A stretch of 64,000 bases of DNA from a virus, in IMG/VR virus record IMGVR_UViG_3300019850_000208, positions 1-64,000 of that record. One strand, given 5' to 3'. Position 1 is the stretch's first letter; each line of letters begins with the position of its first letter. Shown here piece after piece: positions 48,259 through 57,485 of the stretch. The position numbers were made by a program, and so were the translations under genes. A model generated the notes under the pieces. It worked only from the letters and a program-made list of their open reading frames with translations. It searched no databases and was not told the DNA's origin.

Positions 48259-48444
48259 TTATTCATCCCTTTTATATTCATTATTGTGATCTAAGATAAA
48301 TTCTTCATTACTACAAAAATCTACTGGTATCATTTTCGAGCCACAGTTAGGACAGTAAATTTCTTGTTTGCCGAACTCCTCTGGGGATACATACACTTGC
48401 ATTCTGTGTTCGCACACCAGACATTCAAATTCACAAGATGGCAT
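48259..48444 (-). CDS. FmdB-like zinc-ribbon protein
   Basis: MPxxEFECLVCEH ... CPNCGS. Confidence 0.75.
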   Translation of the reverse strand: MPSCEFECLVCEHRMQVYVSPEEFGKQEIYCPNCGSKMIPVDFCSNEEFILDHNNEYKRDE

Positions 48445-48511
48445 TTAATAGTTTCCTTAACTTATTTTATTAATAAAATCAAACTGTTGTTCTTGTTTAG
48501 CTTTTTATTTT

Positions 48512-48706
48512 TTATACACTTTGTAAATTCGCCTGTTCTGCTATTCTTCTTTGTAATATTTCTTCGTGTTCATTACCTATTTCTGTTTGTGTAGGTTTTT
48601 TATCATACAAAACAACTTCAGTTTCAATGTTTCCTAAATCGTCTACAATCTCAAAAGTATACTCATAAGTAGGTAATACTCTATCAATTACTGAACCTTT
48701 TGTCAT
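48512..48706 (-). CDS. Small fibre-associated hypothetical protein
   Basis: AGGAG RBS; follows a mini-fibre gene. Confidence 0.6.
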   Translation of the reverse strand: MTKGSVIDRVLPTYEYTFEIVDDLGNIETEVVLYDKKPTQTEIGNEHEEILQRRIAEQANLQSV

Positions 48707-48715
48707 AGTTATCTC

Positions 48716-49246
48716 CTATGCCATTTTCTTAATAAATATTAAACTATAATATGCTGGTTTGTTTTCGTGTGCTGAACCACCACCTGAATAGTTAGTTGGA
48801 CATTGATTAGTGCCGCTTCGTATATCATTTGTAATTCCACCACCTGTATAACCTTTATAAGCAACGGTCCCTCCAGTTTCTCCACCCGTTTTTATTTCAT
48901 GACTATGTATTGGCATTTCACTAATTGTCAATGTGTGGGTATCTTCACCACCTGTATTTCCACTTGCATTTTCAGACCGAATAAACCTATTGAGAAGGTT
49001 TGGAGCGCCATTGCCATTACAAACTTTCCATCCAGCAAGCGTTGCTGTATCGCCTGTTCTATCACCAATGTCTTCAGTTCTTGTAGCCACATCGGCTATA
49101 CCAGTTCCATCATACATTAAAATCACGCCCACCGGCAAAGCGGCCTGTACATCATTTGCTGCAGCGCCAGATGTTACGGCAGTTTCCACTTTAGTTTCAA
49201 AACTGCTTGTCTCTATATCAGTGCCTTTTATTTTTGTTACTGGCAT
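48716..49246 (-). CDS. Mini-fibre (N-terminal peptide plus collar-like tip)
   Basis: LPVGVILMY, GWKVCNG, GGEDTHTLTISEMPIHSH, HENKPAYYSLIFI; GGAGG RBS. Confidence 0.8.
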   Translation of the reverse strand: MPVTKIKGTDIETSSFETKVETAVTSGAAANDVQAALPVGVILMYDGTGIADVATRTEDIGDRTGDTATLAGWKVCNGNGAPNLLNRFIRSENASGNTGGEDTHTLTISEMPIHSHEIKTGGETGGTVAYKGYTGGGITNDIRSGTNQCPTNYSGGGSAHENKPAYYSLIFIKKMA

Positions 49247-49255
49247 TTATTCCTC

Positions 49256-49744
49256 CTATGAATAATTCCACACTACCGCTTCCACACCGGTTCTATCTGA
49301 AGCGGAATTTATCTCCGTTTCTAATTGATTTGAATAATCACGAATGTTCTGACGTTCCAACAACAATGCTTGGTATTCATTATCAGAAAGACTTGTGCTG
49401 GAGCCGGTGCTATCATCTGCTAATTGATCTCTGTGTCTTAACACTTTCCAATCAGTTGCTTTGAGTTCATAATATGCAGACTGTTTAATGTATGCAATTC
49501 TATCGTCTTTAAGTTCCGCTAAAGGATAATAATCTTCTATATTTATTTCAACAATTTCTCCATCTATGTATTTATATAGAAAATGATTATAAAAATCGGT
49601 TAGAATAAGATTATAATGCCGTTCAATTGTGCCTTCTGGGGTGATGCATATATCATTCTGTTGAGGTGTTTCGAAAGCATCTGAAAATGCATGGATTATG
49701 ATATTGTTGTCATCTAATCTTACATAATGTTTATAGTTATTCAT
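49256..49744 (-). CDS. Tail-fibre assembly chaperone-like protein
   Basis: LKATDWKVLRHRDQ...ERQNIRD...VVW pattern. Confidence 0.65.
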   Translation of the reverse strand: MNNYKHYVRLDDNNIIIHAFSDAFETPQQNDICITPEGTIERHYNLILTDFYNHFLYKYIDGEIVEINIEDYYPLAELKDDRIAYIKQSAYYELKATDWKVLRHRDQLADDSTGSSTSLSDNEYQALLLERQNIRDYSNQLETEINSASDRTGVEAVVWNYS

Positions 49745-50010
49745 TTTTTCCTCATTTCTTCTAATCTTTTGTTACGCTCTTTTGCTAATTCCAAAGGAAT
49801 ATCCTTAACAAGATTTTTCTTTTCTCCAAATGATATTTTTTGTGGATTCTTATCTGTTCTATCAAGTATTATTCTATCTCGTACCCGTCTCACTTTTTCT
49901 CTTGCAGCATTTTCTAACCAATCAATAAATGAATAGCAATCTGTTTCTATTACCCGTTGGTCTTCATCATCTATTTGAATTGTTTTTATTTCGTCTGATA
50001 TTGTTATCAT
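49741..50010 (-). CDS. Small fibre-associated hypothetical protein
   Basis: AGGAG RBS; DWLENAAREK. Confidence 0.65.
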   Translation of the reverse strand: MITISDEIKTIQIDDEDQRVIETDCYSFIDWLENAAREKVRRVRDRIILDRTDKNPQKISFGEKKNLVKDIPLELAKERNKRLEEMRKK

Positions 50011-50019
50011 TATAATCTC

Positions 50020-51162
50020 CTATGCAAACTTATGTATGTTGAAATAATCATAAACAACATGTGCATATGTATTGACTGCTCCACCCTGATTATGATAAGC
50101 CCTTATATCTACATAATCATTTTTTGCTAAATAAATATCAGTGGCTAATTTAGTATCTACATAAAATGTACCTGCTGCATAAACCATATTTCTGTAACCA
50201 AAAACTACCTCAACTTCATTCCTAAAAAGGGCTATACGCCAATATTCACCGGCATCCCATGCTACACTGTTAGAAAGTAAACCAGCATCTGCATGGTAAT
50301 ATCCGCCTTCTTTTGCCGTAAATCTGTAATTTGTAATATTATCATATTCATTATTAAGATCGTATTCTTTATCATCATATTTTACAATTGTCCATGTATC
50401 ATTAGGAATCGACTGTACATCATCTTTTGTAATTCTACATGCACTCTGCTTTGGGAAATCTATAATACCATTATCGTGTATTCTTTGTGCTTCGACACCG
50501 GCTACTTTTGCAACAATTTCATCTTTGTCTGAAGTTTCTTCAACTTCGATATAAGTATCACCATCTGCATCACCTAATTTTTTACCAACTCCTAATATAG
50601 TATCTGATAATGTCGTAGTTCCACTAACCTCTAAAGTACTCAAAAACCACGCATCCCCAATTTGAGTAGGAGTAGATTTAATTTTACAAATTGATATAAT
50701 AAGTTCATTAGCATACTCACTACTAAGACCACTATCATATAAACTACTATTATCATCATTTATAAGTGGTGCTACAGCAAAATCACTATCTGGGTCATTA
50801 AGAGTTTGACCATTTGCTTCTACCCAGCCTGAAGGTAATTCTGGTTCATCATAAACAGCATAACTTTCATTTCCATCTGGAAAAGCATTATAATCCAAAG
50901 TTAAATCATTTGCAGAAACATTTAGTACTACTGCAAATATTTTATCAGTAGAATTATAAACAATATCACCAACTGATATAGTAGAAAAAGCTTCCGAGGA
51001 ATCCTTTAAATGATTTTCAGTATATGAATCTGCTGTACTAGATATTAGAGCAGTCTGAGTAATTGCATATCTGCTTTTCATCCAATACATAATTGTTCCA
51101 ATAGGTGAATCATCAAAATAAAGTCTACCACCTATAGGCTGTGATAAATGTTTTGTACTCAA
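50020..51162 (-). CDS. Fibre protein with C-terminal C1q-like domain
   Basis: PIGTIMYW...LPSGWVEANG; DADGDTYIEVEE; QSIPNDTWTIVKYD...YRFTAKEGGYY...IYLAKNDYVDI; TTG start. Confidence 0.7.
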   Translation of the reverse strand: MSTKHLSQPIGGRLYFDDSPIGTIMYWMKSRYAITQTALISSTADSYTENHLKDSSEAFSTISVGDIVYNSTDKIFAVVLNVSANDLTLDYNAFPDGNESYAVYDEPELPSGWVEANGQTLNDPDSDFAVAPLINDDNSSLYDSGLSSEYANELIISICKIKSTPTQIGDAWFLSTLEVSGTTTLSDTILGVGKKLGDADGDTYIEVEETSDKDEIVAKVAGVEAQRIHDNGIIDFPKQSACRITKDDVQSIPNDTWTIVKYDDKEYDLNNEYDNITNYRFTAKEGGYYHADAGLLSNSVAWDAGEYWRIALFRNEVEVVFGYRNMVYAAGTFYVDTKLATDIYLAKNDYVDIRAYHNQGGAVNTYAHVVYDYFNIHKFA

Positions 51163-51177
51163 TTTAAATTCTCCTTA

Positions 51178-52260
51178 TTATAATTCTGCATCAAACGCTA
51201 TATAAGATGTAATATTATTGTCAGAAGTTAGTTGATAAAGTTGACCTGCAGTCAACGATGAAGAAGCTGTCACACTAAGATCAATACAATGAGAACTACT
51301 TTGATCAACTGACATATTAGTAACTGATGTATTAGCTGTTCCATCGAAAACTATTAAATTACCTGAATAACTAAGAGACGGAGCTGTACGCATTATCACA
51401 GGAAACTGTACATAAATATAAGCACCTCCATTACCATTCCCAACTCCTTGTCCATACCTTATATAAGCTGATTCAGCATTTTTTCTATGATAATATCTCA
51501 TACTCCTTACTAACTCACTTTCATAATCATTAGGTATAAATGGAGTAGCGATTTTTCCAAGTTCAAATTTAACTCCAGCTAGGAAAATATTATTATCTGT
51601 ACTATCACATGCATTGACTTGATTAAAAGTCGCTATATAATTTCCTGTTTGCCATGCATCAGGAGTAGTTTGATACGTTGAACCACTTGCAAATGTCCAG
51701 TTTATATATAAACCAGCTCCATTAGCATAGTCCCATGTACCATCTGAATAATCAAATGGAATTACTATAATTTTATATTCCCAAGTATCAGTAACATTAA
51801 CAGTATATTCAGCAACATAGCTTCTATCAGAAATAGAATTTCGAAAACCAACACAATAAGTTCCTATTTTAGTTGCTTTAACCCAAAAAGATAGAACGCC
51901 ATAATTTCCTACATACTTCTTAAAATTATAACCTTCTATTGCTTGGTATAATTGACAATAATTACCTGCATCAATATCTGAATCAGCAGTAGTACAATCT
52001 ATTTTAAGAGAATAACTAATATCACTATTTGGTATATCTGTGTCACGAGTAATGTCATGAACCATAGTACCATTTTTAGTATAGCGAAACCTATCAGCAT
52101 TATATGTAGCATGAGGTATTGAAGCAAAACTAGTTCCTCTTTGCCAAAATCTTAGACCCCCATTAATAATATCATTGTGACCTACTAAGTTTTTACTACG
52201 TAAATAATCTTTCACATAAAGTGAATGGTCAAATATTTTAATTCCTTTAAATAATTTCAT
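51178..52260 (-). CDS. Fibre protein with carbohydrate-binding-like domain
   Basis: NDIINGGLRFWQRGTSF...ADRF...LSFWVK...GVKFELGKIATPF...RYY...FPVIMRTAP...DAEL. Confidence 0.75.
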   Translation of the reverse strand: MKLFKGIKIFDHSLYVKDYLRSKNLVGHNDIINGGLRFWQRGTSFASIPHATYNADRFRYTKNGTMVHDITRDTDIPNSDISYSLKIDCTTADSDIDAGNYCQLYQAIEGYNFKKYVGNYGVLSFWVKATKIGTYCVGFRNSISDRSYVAEYTVNVTDTWEYKIIVIPFDYSDGTWDYANGAGLYINWTFASGSTYQTTPDAWQTGNYIATFNQVNACDSTDNNIFLAGVKFELGKIATPFIPNDYESELVRSMRYYHRKNAESAYIRYGQGVGNGNGGAYIYVQFPVIMRTAPSLSYSGNLIVFDGTANTSVTNMSVDQSSSHCIDLSVTASSSLTAGQLYQLTSDNNITSYIAFDAEL

Positions 52261-52279
52261 TTAATTTTCAATCCTTAAT

Positions 52280-52537
52280 TTATGTTATATTACCAGTTTT
52301 GAAATTAATGTTATGCGGTTGTACATAATCAAAATTGTATTTCTTTCCCATTTTCTCCCACCATATTTCGCTCAATCTGTTCATCTTTACATATTTATTT
52401 AATATTTCATATAGCAATTCTTTATTCTTAATTGGTACTGTTTTCATGAGCAATTTATCAAGTAACTCCTCAATTCCCATCTTTTTATCAATGATATTTT
52501 GAATTGTTTTTCTTTCTCTCTCGGTAACTGTTATCAT
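52280..52537 (-). CDS. Small hypothetical protein
   Basis: AGGAG RBS; WWEKMGKKY...INFKTG. Confidence 0.65.
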   Translation of the reverse strand: MITVTERERKTIQNIIDKKMGIEELLDKLLMKTVPIKNKELLYEILNKYVKMNRLSEIWWEKMGKKYNFDYVQPHNINFKTGNIT

Positions 52538-52547
52538 TTTAGACTCC

Positions 52548-53126
52548 TTAACTCATTTTTATTATCGGTATTAAACTATAAAATGCTGGTTTATTCGCTC
52601 CTGTTCCTGAACTTCCAGCATTATCTATTGTTACTGTGTGATTATGAGCTTGATTATTATTTCCTACCCTACTATTTATTGCTTCACATGTAGCTGCAGA
52701 TGCAGCAGCATAACCAAGTAATGAACCGTTGCCAGTCTCAAGGTTAACATTATGGTCATGATTTGCACTTTGATTTCCAACAGAATTTGTGTGAGTATGG
52801 CTTACCACTATTGCATCATCACTGCCACCAGTATTACCAGAGGCAGATTCCATCCTTAGAAATCTATTAAGCATATTTGGTGTACCTGCGTTGCCATTGC
52901 AAGCCTTCCAGCCCGGCAAAGATATCGTATCTCCGGTCCTGTCTCCAATGTCTTCAGTTCTTGAGGCGGCATCTGCAATGCCAGAGCCATTATACATTAG
53001 AATTACACCCACCGGCAAAGCGGGTTGTACATCATTCGCTGCAGCGCCAGATGTTACGGCAGTATCCACTTTAGTTTCAAAACTGCTTGTCTCTATATCG
53101 TGGCCTTTGACTTGTGTTGCTGACAT
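52548..53126 (-). CDS. Mini-fibre (N-terminal peptide plus collar-like tip)
   Basis: Paralog of 48716..49246 and of the C-terminus of 30748..32013. Confidence 0.8.
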   Translation of the reverse strand: MSATQVKGHDIETSSFETKVDTAVTSGAAANDVQPALPVGVILMYNGSGIADAASRTEDIGDRTGDTISLPGWKACNGNAGTPNMLNRFLRMESASGNTGGSDDAIVVSHTHTNSVGNQSANHDHNVNLETGNGSLLGYAAASAATCEAINSRVGNNNQAHNHTVTIDNAGSSGTGANKPAFYSLIPIIKMS

Positions 53127-53244
53127 ATAATAATCACCCCTTGTTTAAAAACATCTTTGAATATTGTCATCTTTCTTCTGCTGTTTTATATCCCCTTTTA
53201 TTTCAGCATTCATTATAGCTTCTATAAGTTCTATTATTTTATTC

Positions 53245-54942
53245 TTAATACTTTATAATAAAATTAACCCCTACATTATTAGGCCTTGTTTCATTTGACG
53301 TTCTCGGAGTTCCATTTGCTCCGTCGGTTATAATGTTCCTTGCTTCTATATGCTCAAATGTACCCGAAACCTCAGTATAACTATATGCATCTCCGTCCGT
53401 TGTACCAGGATCACCTATTATAAAGGTAGCTCTATCGCTTTTCAATTCATGCCAATGCCCCTGAAAACTATCATCTTCTGCGGTTCCTAATACTGTTGTA
53501 TGATTTTGTGTAAATTTCGTAGAAGTTCCAACGCCTCTTGGGAATGCCCCTCTCATATCGGGTACATTAAAAGTTGTTGAGCCGTCTCCTGTCCCATAAG
53601 TTGTTCCTATGACAGCAAACAAAGCAGCATAAGTTGTCCTGCTAACTGCTGCACCATTACAAAGAAGCCATCCTGTTGGAGCTGTTGCTGCCCCATACAT
53701 TGTGATTGCACCTATTATAATAAGGTCATATACAGCATCTGCACTGGGAGCATGAGTAGTATCACCATCAGTTATATTCTGTGTAATAAAACTACTATAA
53801 TCATTTTTAGTAGCTTCGCCAACATTGATATCAATTTCGGTGGTGGATTTGGCTACCCCAAGCCATACTCTATATTCATCAGAGGATATTAAATCCGTAT
53901 CCTGAATTATAGCTCCACTGTCGCCAAGAAATACTGGATCTCCAGCCGTCAATCCAGTAAAGCCATCCAAAAGGCCAGATCCCTGAACCGTAACATTATG
54001 TGATGAACTCGCCGCGGCAGTTGAAATTCCTATAACTTCTATTTTAGAACTATAGCGCTTATCGGCGGCTACAGCCTGATCTATGGTGCTGTTTTTGGCG
54101 CAAACTTTATAGGCGCCGATGCTTTCTCCAGCGGTATATGTTTTACTAGAAGTTCCTGATGAACCAGATGCTGTATAATCCCTGGCTTTGCGTATAACTA
54201 CAATGTCACCATTGACCAGGCCATTATTAAAAGCTATTTGGCCATCTGCAGTTTCCTGATAGTCATTACCTGATCCTTCCAGCATCAAAAGACCATTTTT
54301 GAATACATCCACTTCTTGATTGCCATGAGTAAATGAAAATGTAGTGTTGAACACAGTTTGACTGGCTGTTGCCGTAAAACTCTCTACCTCACCATAAAAA
54401 TTATTATTTGGATTGCCTATTATGAATGATACATCATCGCCTGCGACGACTGTGTATTCGAATGTTACTGTGTGCTCATCAGTTTCAGTATAATCATAGC
54501 CTGCGCCATTTTTCATCAAAAGACCATTTTTATACACGCGTAGGTTATCCGTGCCGGGCACATAATCATGACTCAAAGTAAAGGTGGTTTGTCCAGGTCC
54601 TGAGGAAACAACATAATCTTCGCGAATTGTGTTTACAACATTTCCAGAAAATGATACAGCATTCCATTCAGATGCTGAAGAATCCCACTGGTAAAACTCT
54701 TCTCGATTATTGACAAATCTTATATCATTATCAGAATTCCCGGTTGCAGGCAAATCACTATAAGCATCAACACTGCCCTTAAGACTGCCCAATGAATCGC
54801 TAATCCAACCGGTAACGCTATTGATTTTAGATTGAGCTATATCTGCGCCGGAATTTACATCAGCATTCTTTATAGTTCCGTCTTTTATGTCTACAGATTC
54901 AACTGAATCATCTCTAATTTGAGAACCTTTGATTCCAGGCAT
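53245..54942 (-). CDS. Multidomain fibre with phage tail-collar domain
   Basis: N-terminal peptide, DLP module, two VxKNGLLM..DY domains, cement-like AGESI domain, APTGWLLCNGAAVSRTTYAALF...GDGSTTFNVPDMRG. Confidence 0.85.
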   Translation of the reverse strand: MPGIKGSQIRDDSVESVDIKDGTIKNADVNSGADIAQSKINSVTGWISDSLGSLKGSVDAYSDLPATGNSDNDIRFVNNREEFYQWDSSASEWNAVSFSGNVVNTIREDYVVSSGPGQTTFTLSHDYVPGTDNLRVYKNGLLMKNGAGYDYTETDEHTVTFEYTVVAGDDVSFIIGNPNNNFYGEVESFTATASQTVFNTTFSFTHGNQEVDVFKNGLLMLEGSGNDYQETADGQIAFNNGLVNGDIVVIRKARDYTASGSSGTSSKTYTAGESIGAYKVCAKNSTIDQAVAADKRYSSKIEVIGISTAAASSSHNVTVQGSGLLDGFTGLTAGDPVFLGDSGAIIQDTDLISSDEYRVWLGVAKSTTEIDINVGEATKNDYSSFITQNITDGDTTHAPSADAVYDLIIIGAITMYGAATAPTGWLLCNGAAVSRTTYAALFAVIGTTYGTGDGSTTFNVPDMRGAFPRGVGTSTKFTQNHTTVLGTAEDDSFQGHWHELKSDRATFIIGDPGTTDGDAYSYTEVSGTFEHIEARNIITDGANGTPRTSNETRPNNVGVNFIIKY

Positions 54943-54943
54943 A

Positions 54944-55210
54944 TTATTTTCCTATTATTGCTTTAATAACTGGTTCAAGATGCATTTCATATTCAAAACA
55001 CAGCTTTACGAAAAGCCGTCTGTTTTTATCTGGTGTATGCAATATCTTAAAAGACCTCAGGTTTCTTGTGATTGGGTTATCTGTTTTGATTATACCAGAT
55101 ACCATAGCTAGGTCATTTTTAAAAAATACATAACCTATAATATTTACCACATCATTAGAGTGTAACTTTTGCAAATGTTCTACTTTCATTTCAATGTTTT
55201 TAGTATTCAC
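54944..55210 (-). CDS. Small hypothetical protein
   Basis: GAGG RBS, GTG start; RRLFVKLCFE near the C-terminus. Confidence 0.6.
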   Translation of the reverse strand: MNTKNIEMKVEHLQKLHSNDVVNIIGYVFFKNDLAMVSGIIKTDNPITRNLRSFKILHTPDKNRRLFVKLCFEYEMHLEPVIKAIIGK

Positions 55211-55220
55211 TCTTTGTTCC

Positions 55221-56255
55221 TCAGTATTGATGTCTAACTTCTATATTGGGATTGTCACCAGGTACAATCCAGCCACTATTAAACACTATATGAAATGTAC
55301 CATATTGATTGAATGGCACATTATTATACATGCCTATAAATGTGGCTATTATATATCCATTACCACTGGTCCATGGAACGCCAGACTGATTCCCGGCTCT
55401 TTCGCCTTCATTAAAATTGCTAATAAGATCCAAAGTATCTATTAAAATATTATTCTTATATAAGTATAATGCCCCTTTATCTGCTGGCCCAAAATCTATA
55501 TTCCCAGAATTGACTGGTAATGAGTTTATAATGCCATTATGAGCGTCTCCTGGACTATAATCTACGAAATATGTTCCAGAACCACTATAGTCGGACAAGA
55601 ATCCGTTATAGACAGGCGATATTGGAATATCTCCAGATAGTGGATCATGTCCTGGTGGCAGCAATTTAGCGGCTAAGCTGGCGTGTATATCAATCCAGTC
55701 ACTTTGACTTTGATCCCATCTAAAGACGTCATTTGTATCTTTTGTCAGTCTAACGTGTCCATCTATATTGCCAGTTAATGGCAAATCTCCTTCAGAGCTT
55801 ACAGGCGCCAACCACCATGAACCACCGCCCCCGCCGCCAGATATTGTTTGCCATACCGAATATTCACCATTCCAACGGTATATGGTATTAAGTTCTAATA
55901 CAAGTCTTGCTTCTCCATTCAGATTGCCAGTTAATGGCAGATCGCCATATGCCTCTACCGGCTCCCCCCAGTAATTTCCTATAACTGGAAGCCAATCGCC
56001 AATAAATACTGGGTTGCCAAATTGATCGAATCCAGCTTCCTCAACCCAAATCCATACTTTTTTATTGTCTAATGTCAGTCGTGCATCGCCATGCTTATTT
56101 CCTGATAAAGGCAGCTCGTCAAATGCGGATACTGGTTGTAGCCAATATGTTTGATCTTTGCGGTAGTAGCGATCATCGTGCACTTTCGGCGGATGAACAT
56201 TGCTAACGGCTGTAAATCGTCCATATTCGTCGACTATTACATAACGTACTGACAT
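55221..56255 (-). CDS. Virion structural protein with three DLP modules
   Basis: HDDRYY; WxxPV..DLPLTGN..G..RL x3. Confidence 0.75.
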   Translation of the reverse strand: MSVRYVIVDEYGRFTAVSNVHPPKVHDDRYYRKDQTYWLQPVSAFDELPLSGNKHGDARLTLDNKKVWIWVEEAGFDQFGNPVFIGDWLPVIGNYWGEPVEAYGDLPLTGNLNGEARLVLELNTIYRWNGEYSVWQTISGGGGGGSWWLAPVSSEGDLPLTGNIDGHVRLTKDTNDVFRWDQSQSDWIDIHASLAAKLLPPGHDPLSGDIPISPVYNGFLSDYSGSGTYFVDYSPGDAHNGIINSLPVNSGNIDFGPADKGALYLYKNNILIDTLDLISNFNEGERAGNQSGVPWTSGNGYIIATFIGMYNNVPFNQYGTFHIVFNSGWIVPGDNPNIEVRHQY

Positions 56256-56265
56256 TTATTCCTTC

Positions 56266-56541
56266 TTAATGTATTATATCAAAAGCATGTTTAATAACAA
56301 ATTTTTTGTTTTTACCAGTTTTGAGATGGTTTGCGTGAATCTCAAACTCCTGATCCTGGCCTGCGACAGTCGGGCGGTTAATGTCGCTAATTGTTTTAAC
56401 AATCCATGAATTCCACCATTTATTGGCGGAAGATGATGACAATAGCTTTAGTAGTTTAACAACAGAAATATTATACCTATCATAGCCCCACTGAACAGCA
56501 GCTACTCTCACATCACCTACTCGTGGTTTGTTAAGTTTCAT
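56266..56541 (-). CDS. Small hypothetical protein (terminal-helix family)
   Basis: C-terminus KKFVIKHAFDIIH. Confidence 0.65.
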   Translation of the reverse strand: MKLNKPRVGDVRVAAVQWGYDRYNISVVKLLKLLSSSSANKWWNSWIVKTISDINRPTVAGQDQEFEIHANHLKTGKNKKFVIKHAFDIIH

Positions 56542-56888
56542 AGCTGCATATCTCCGAATAATTTCATTATAAATTGCTGCTTCTTTATAAGTTCAAGTGC
56601 CAATTCTACCCATAAGCCTGCCAACTTGCTGCTGCCGCCTATATGCCAATCTCTTATGTTCTCTGTTTCCAAACCCTCATCTCCAAGGTAGTTTTTGCCG
56701 GTTTTATAATTATAGATAGTGGCCACCATATCGCCGGGAAATTTTAGATCCCATTCGGCATCTGTCTTAAAACCGTCGCTGAAGTGTGGCTCTCCAAATG
56801 TGCCTACCAGCTTTTTATAACTTATGTCTATTTCATCTTTAAGACCTGTCCTAGCAATATTAGTAGTTTTGCCCCAAAATTTTTTCAT
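56538..56888 (-). CDS. Small phage protein (terminal-helix family)
   Basis: SYKKLVGTFGEP..KTDAEW..ATIYNYK..WHIGG core plus C-terminus KQQFIMKLFGDMQL. Confidence 0.7.
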   Translation of the reverse strand: MKKFWGKTTNIARTGLKDEIDISYKKLVGTFGEPHFSDGFKTDAEWDLKFPGDMVATIYNYKTGKNYLGDEGLETENIRDWHIGGSSKLAGLWVELALELIKKQQFIMKLFGDMQL

Positions 56889-57451
56889 TCTGGATGTCTT
56901 CCTCTTTTTAGTTTCGTGCGCCGCATGCCAAGATATGCGCCAATAAATCTTAATACTTTTGATCTTCCAATATCGGCCGGACTCTCTTGGCCTTCAGTTT
57001 TATTTGGTATTAAATCGATTCCAACCTTTTTATATGCTCTACTCACTAGCTCACTGCAGATTTTAGCCTCTTTTTCAACAAAAGGATTTCTCCATTTATC
57101 CGGCAATAACGCCATAAGTGGAAACAAAAATAACATTATATAATTATAAGATTCTCCTACATGATTCATAACTTCCGAGCATATTTTTTCGGCCTTATCA
57201 TCGGATAAATTTGGATATCTAAGAATATCAATTCTATAAAACCTTTGAGCTGTTTGTTTTAATGTTCTCACTCTAACACCCTTGCCGAATTTATTAGTAG
57301 CATCCACAATGCCTCCGCCGCCGATATAGACTGCGGCATGAGAATAAATGCTTTTTGTGAATTTTTCAATCAGTTTTCCCAAAATCGTATTATTGCACGT
57401 GACTAAGATATCCGCGCGTTTAAGATCTCTAACTAAATCGTATCTGTTCAT
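56885..57451 (-). CDS. Permuted papain-like (YiiX/YebB, NlpC/P60) enzyme
   Basis: ADIL...YSHAAVYIG...VGESYN...ICSELVSRAY...SPADI (His before Cys). Confidence 0.85.
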   Translation of the reverse strand: MNRYDLVRDLKRADILVTCNNTILGKLIEKFTKSIYSHAAVYIGGGGIVDATNKFGKGVRVRTLKQTAQRFYRIDILRYPNLSDDKAEKICSEVMNHVGESYNYIMLFLFPLMALLPDKWRNPFVEKEAKICSELVSRAYKKVGIDLIPNKTEGQESPADIGRSKVLRFIGAYLGMRRTKLKRGRHPE

Positions 57452-57485
57452 GATTTTGTTCTCCCCCTTTATTGATACTATTACA

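Noticed and set aside
30748-53126. Diversity-generating retroelement acting on the three collar-tip paralogs
   Set aside because: Variable regions differ in length and at all bases, not just adenines; no non-coding template repeat or reverse transcriptase in the window
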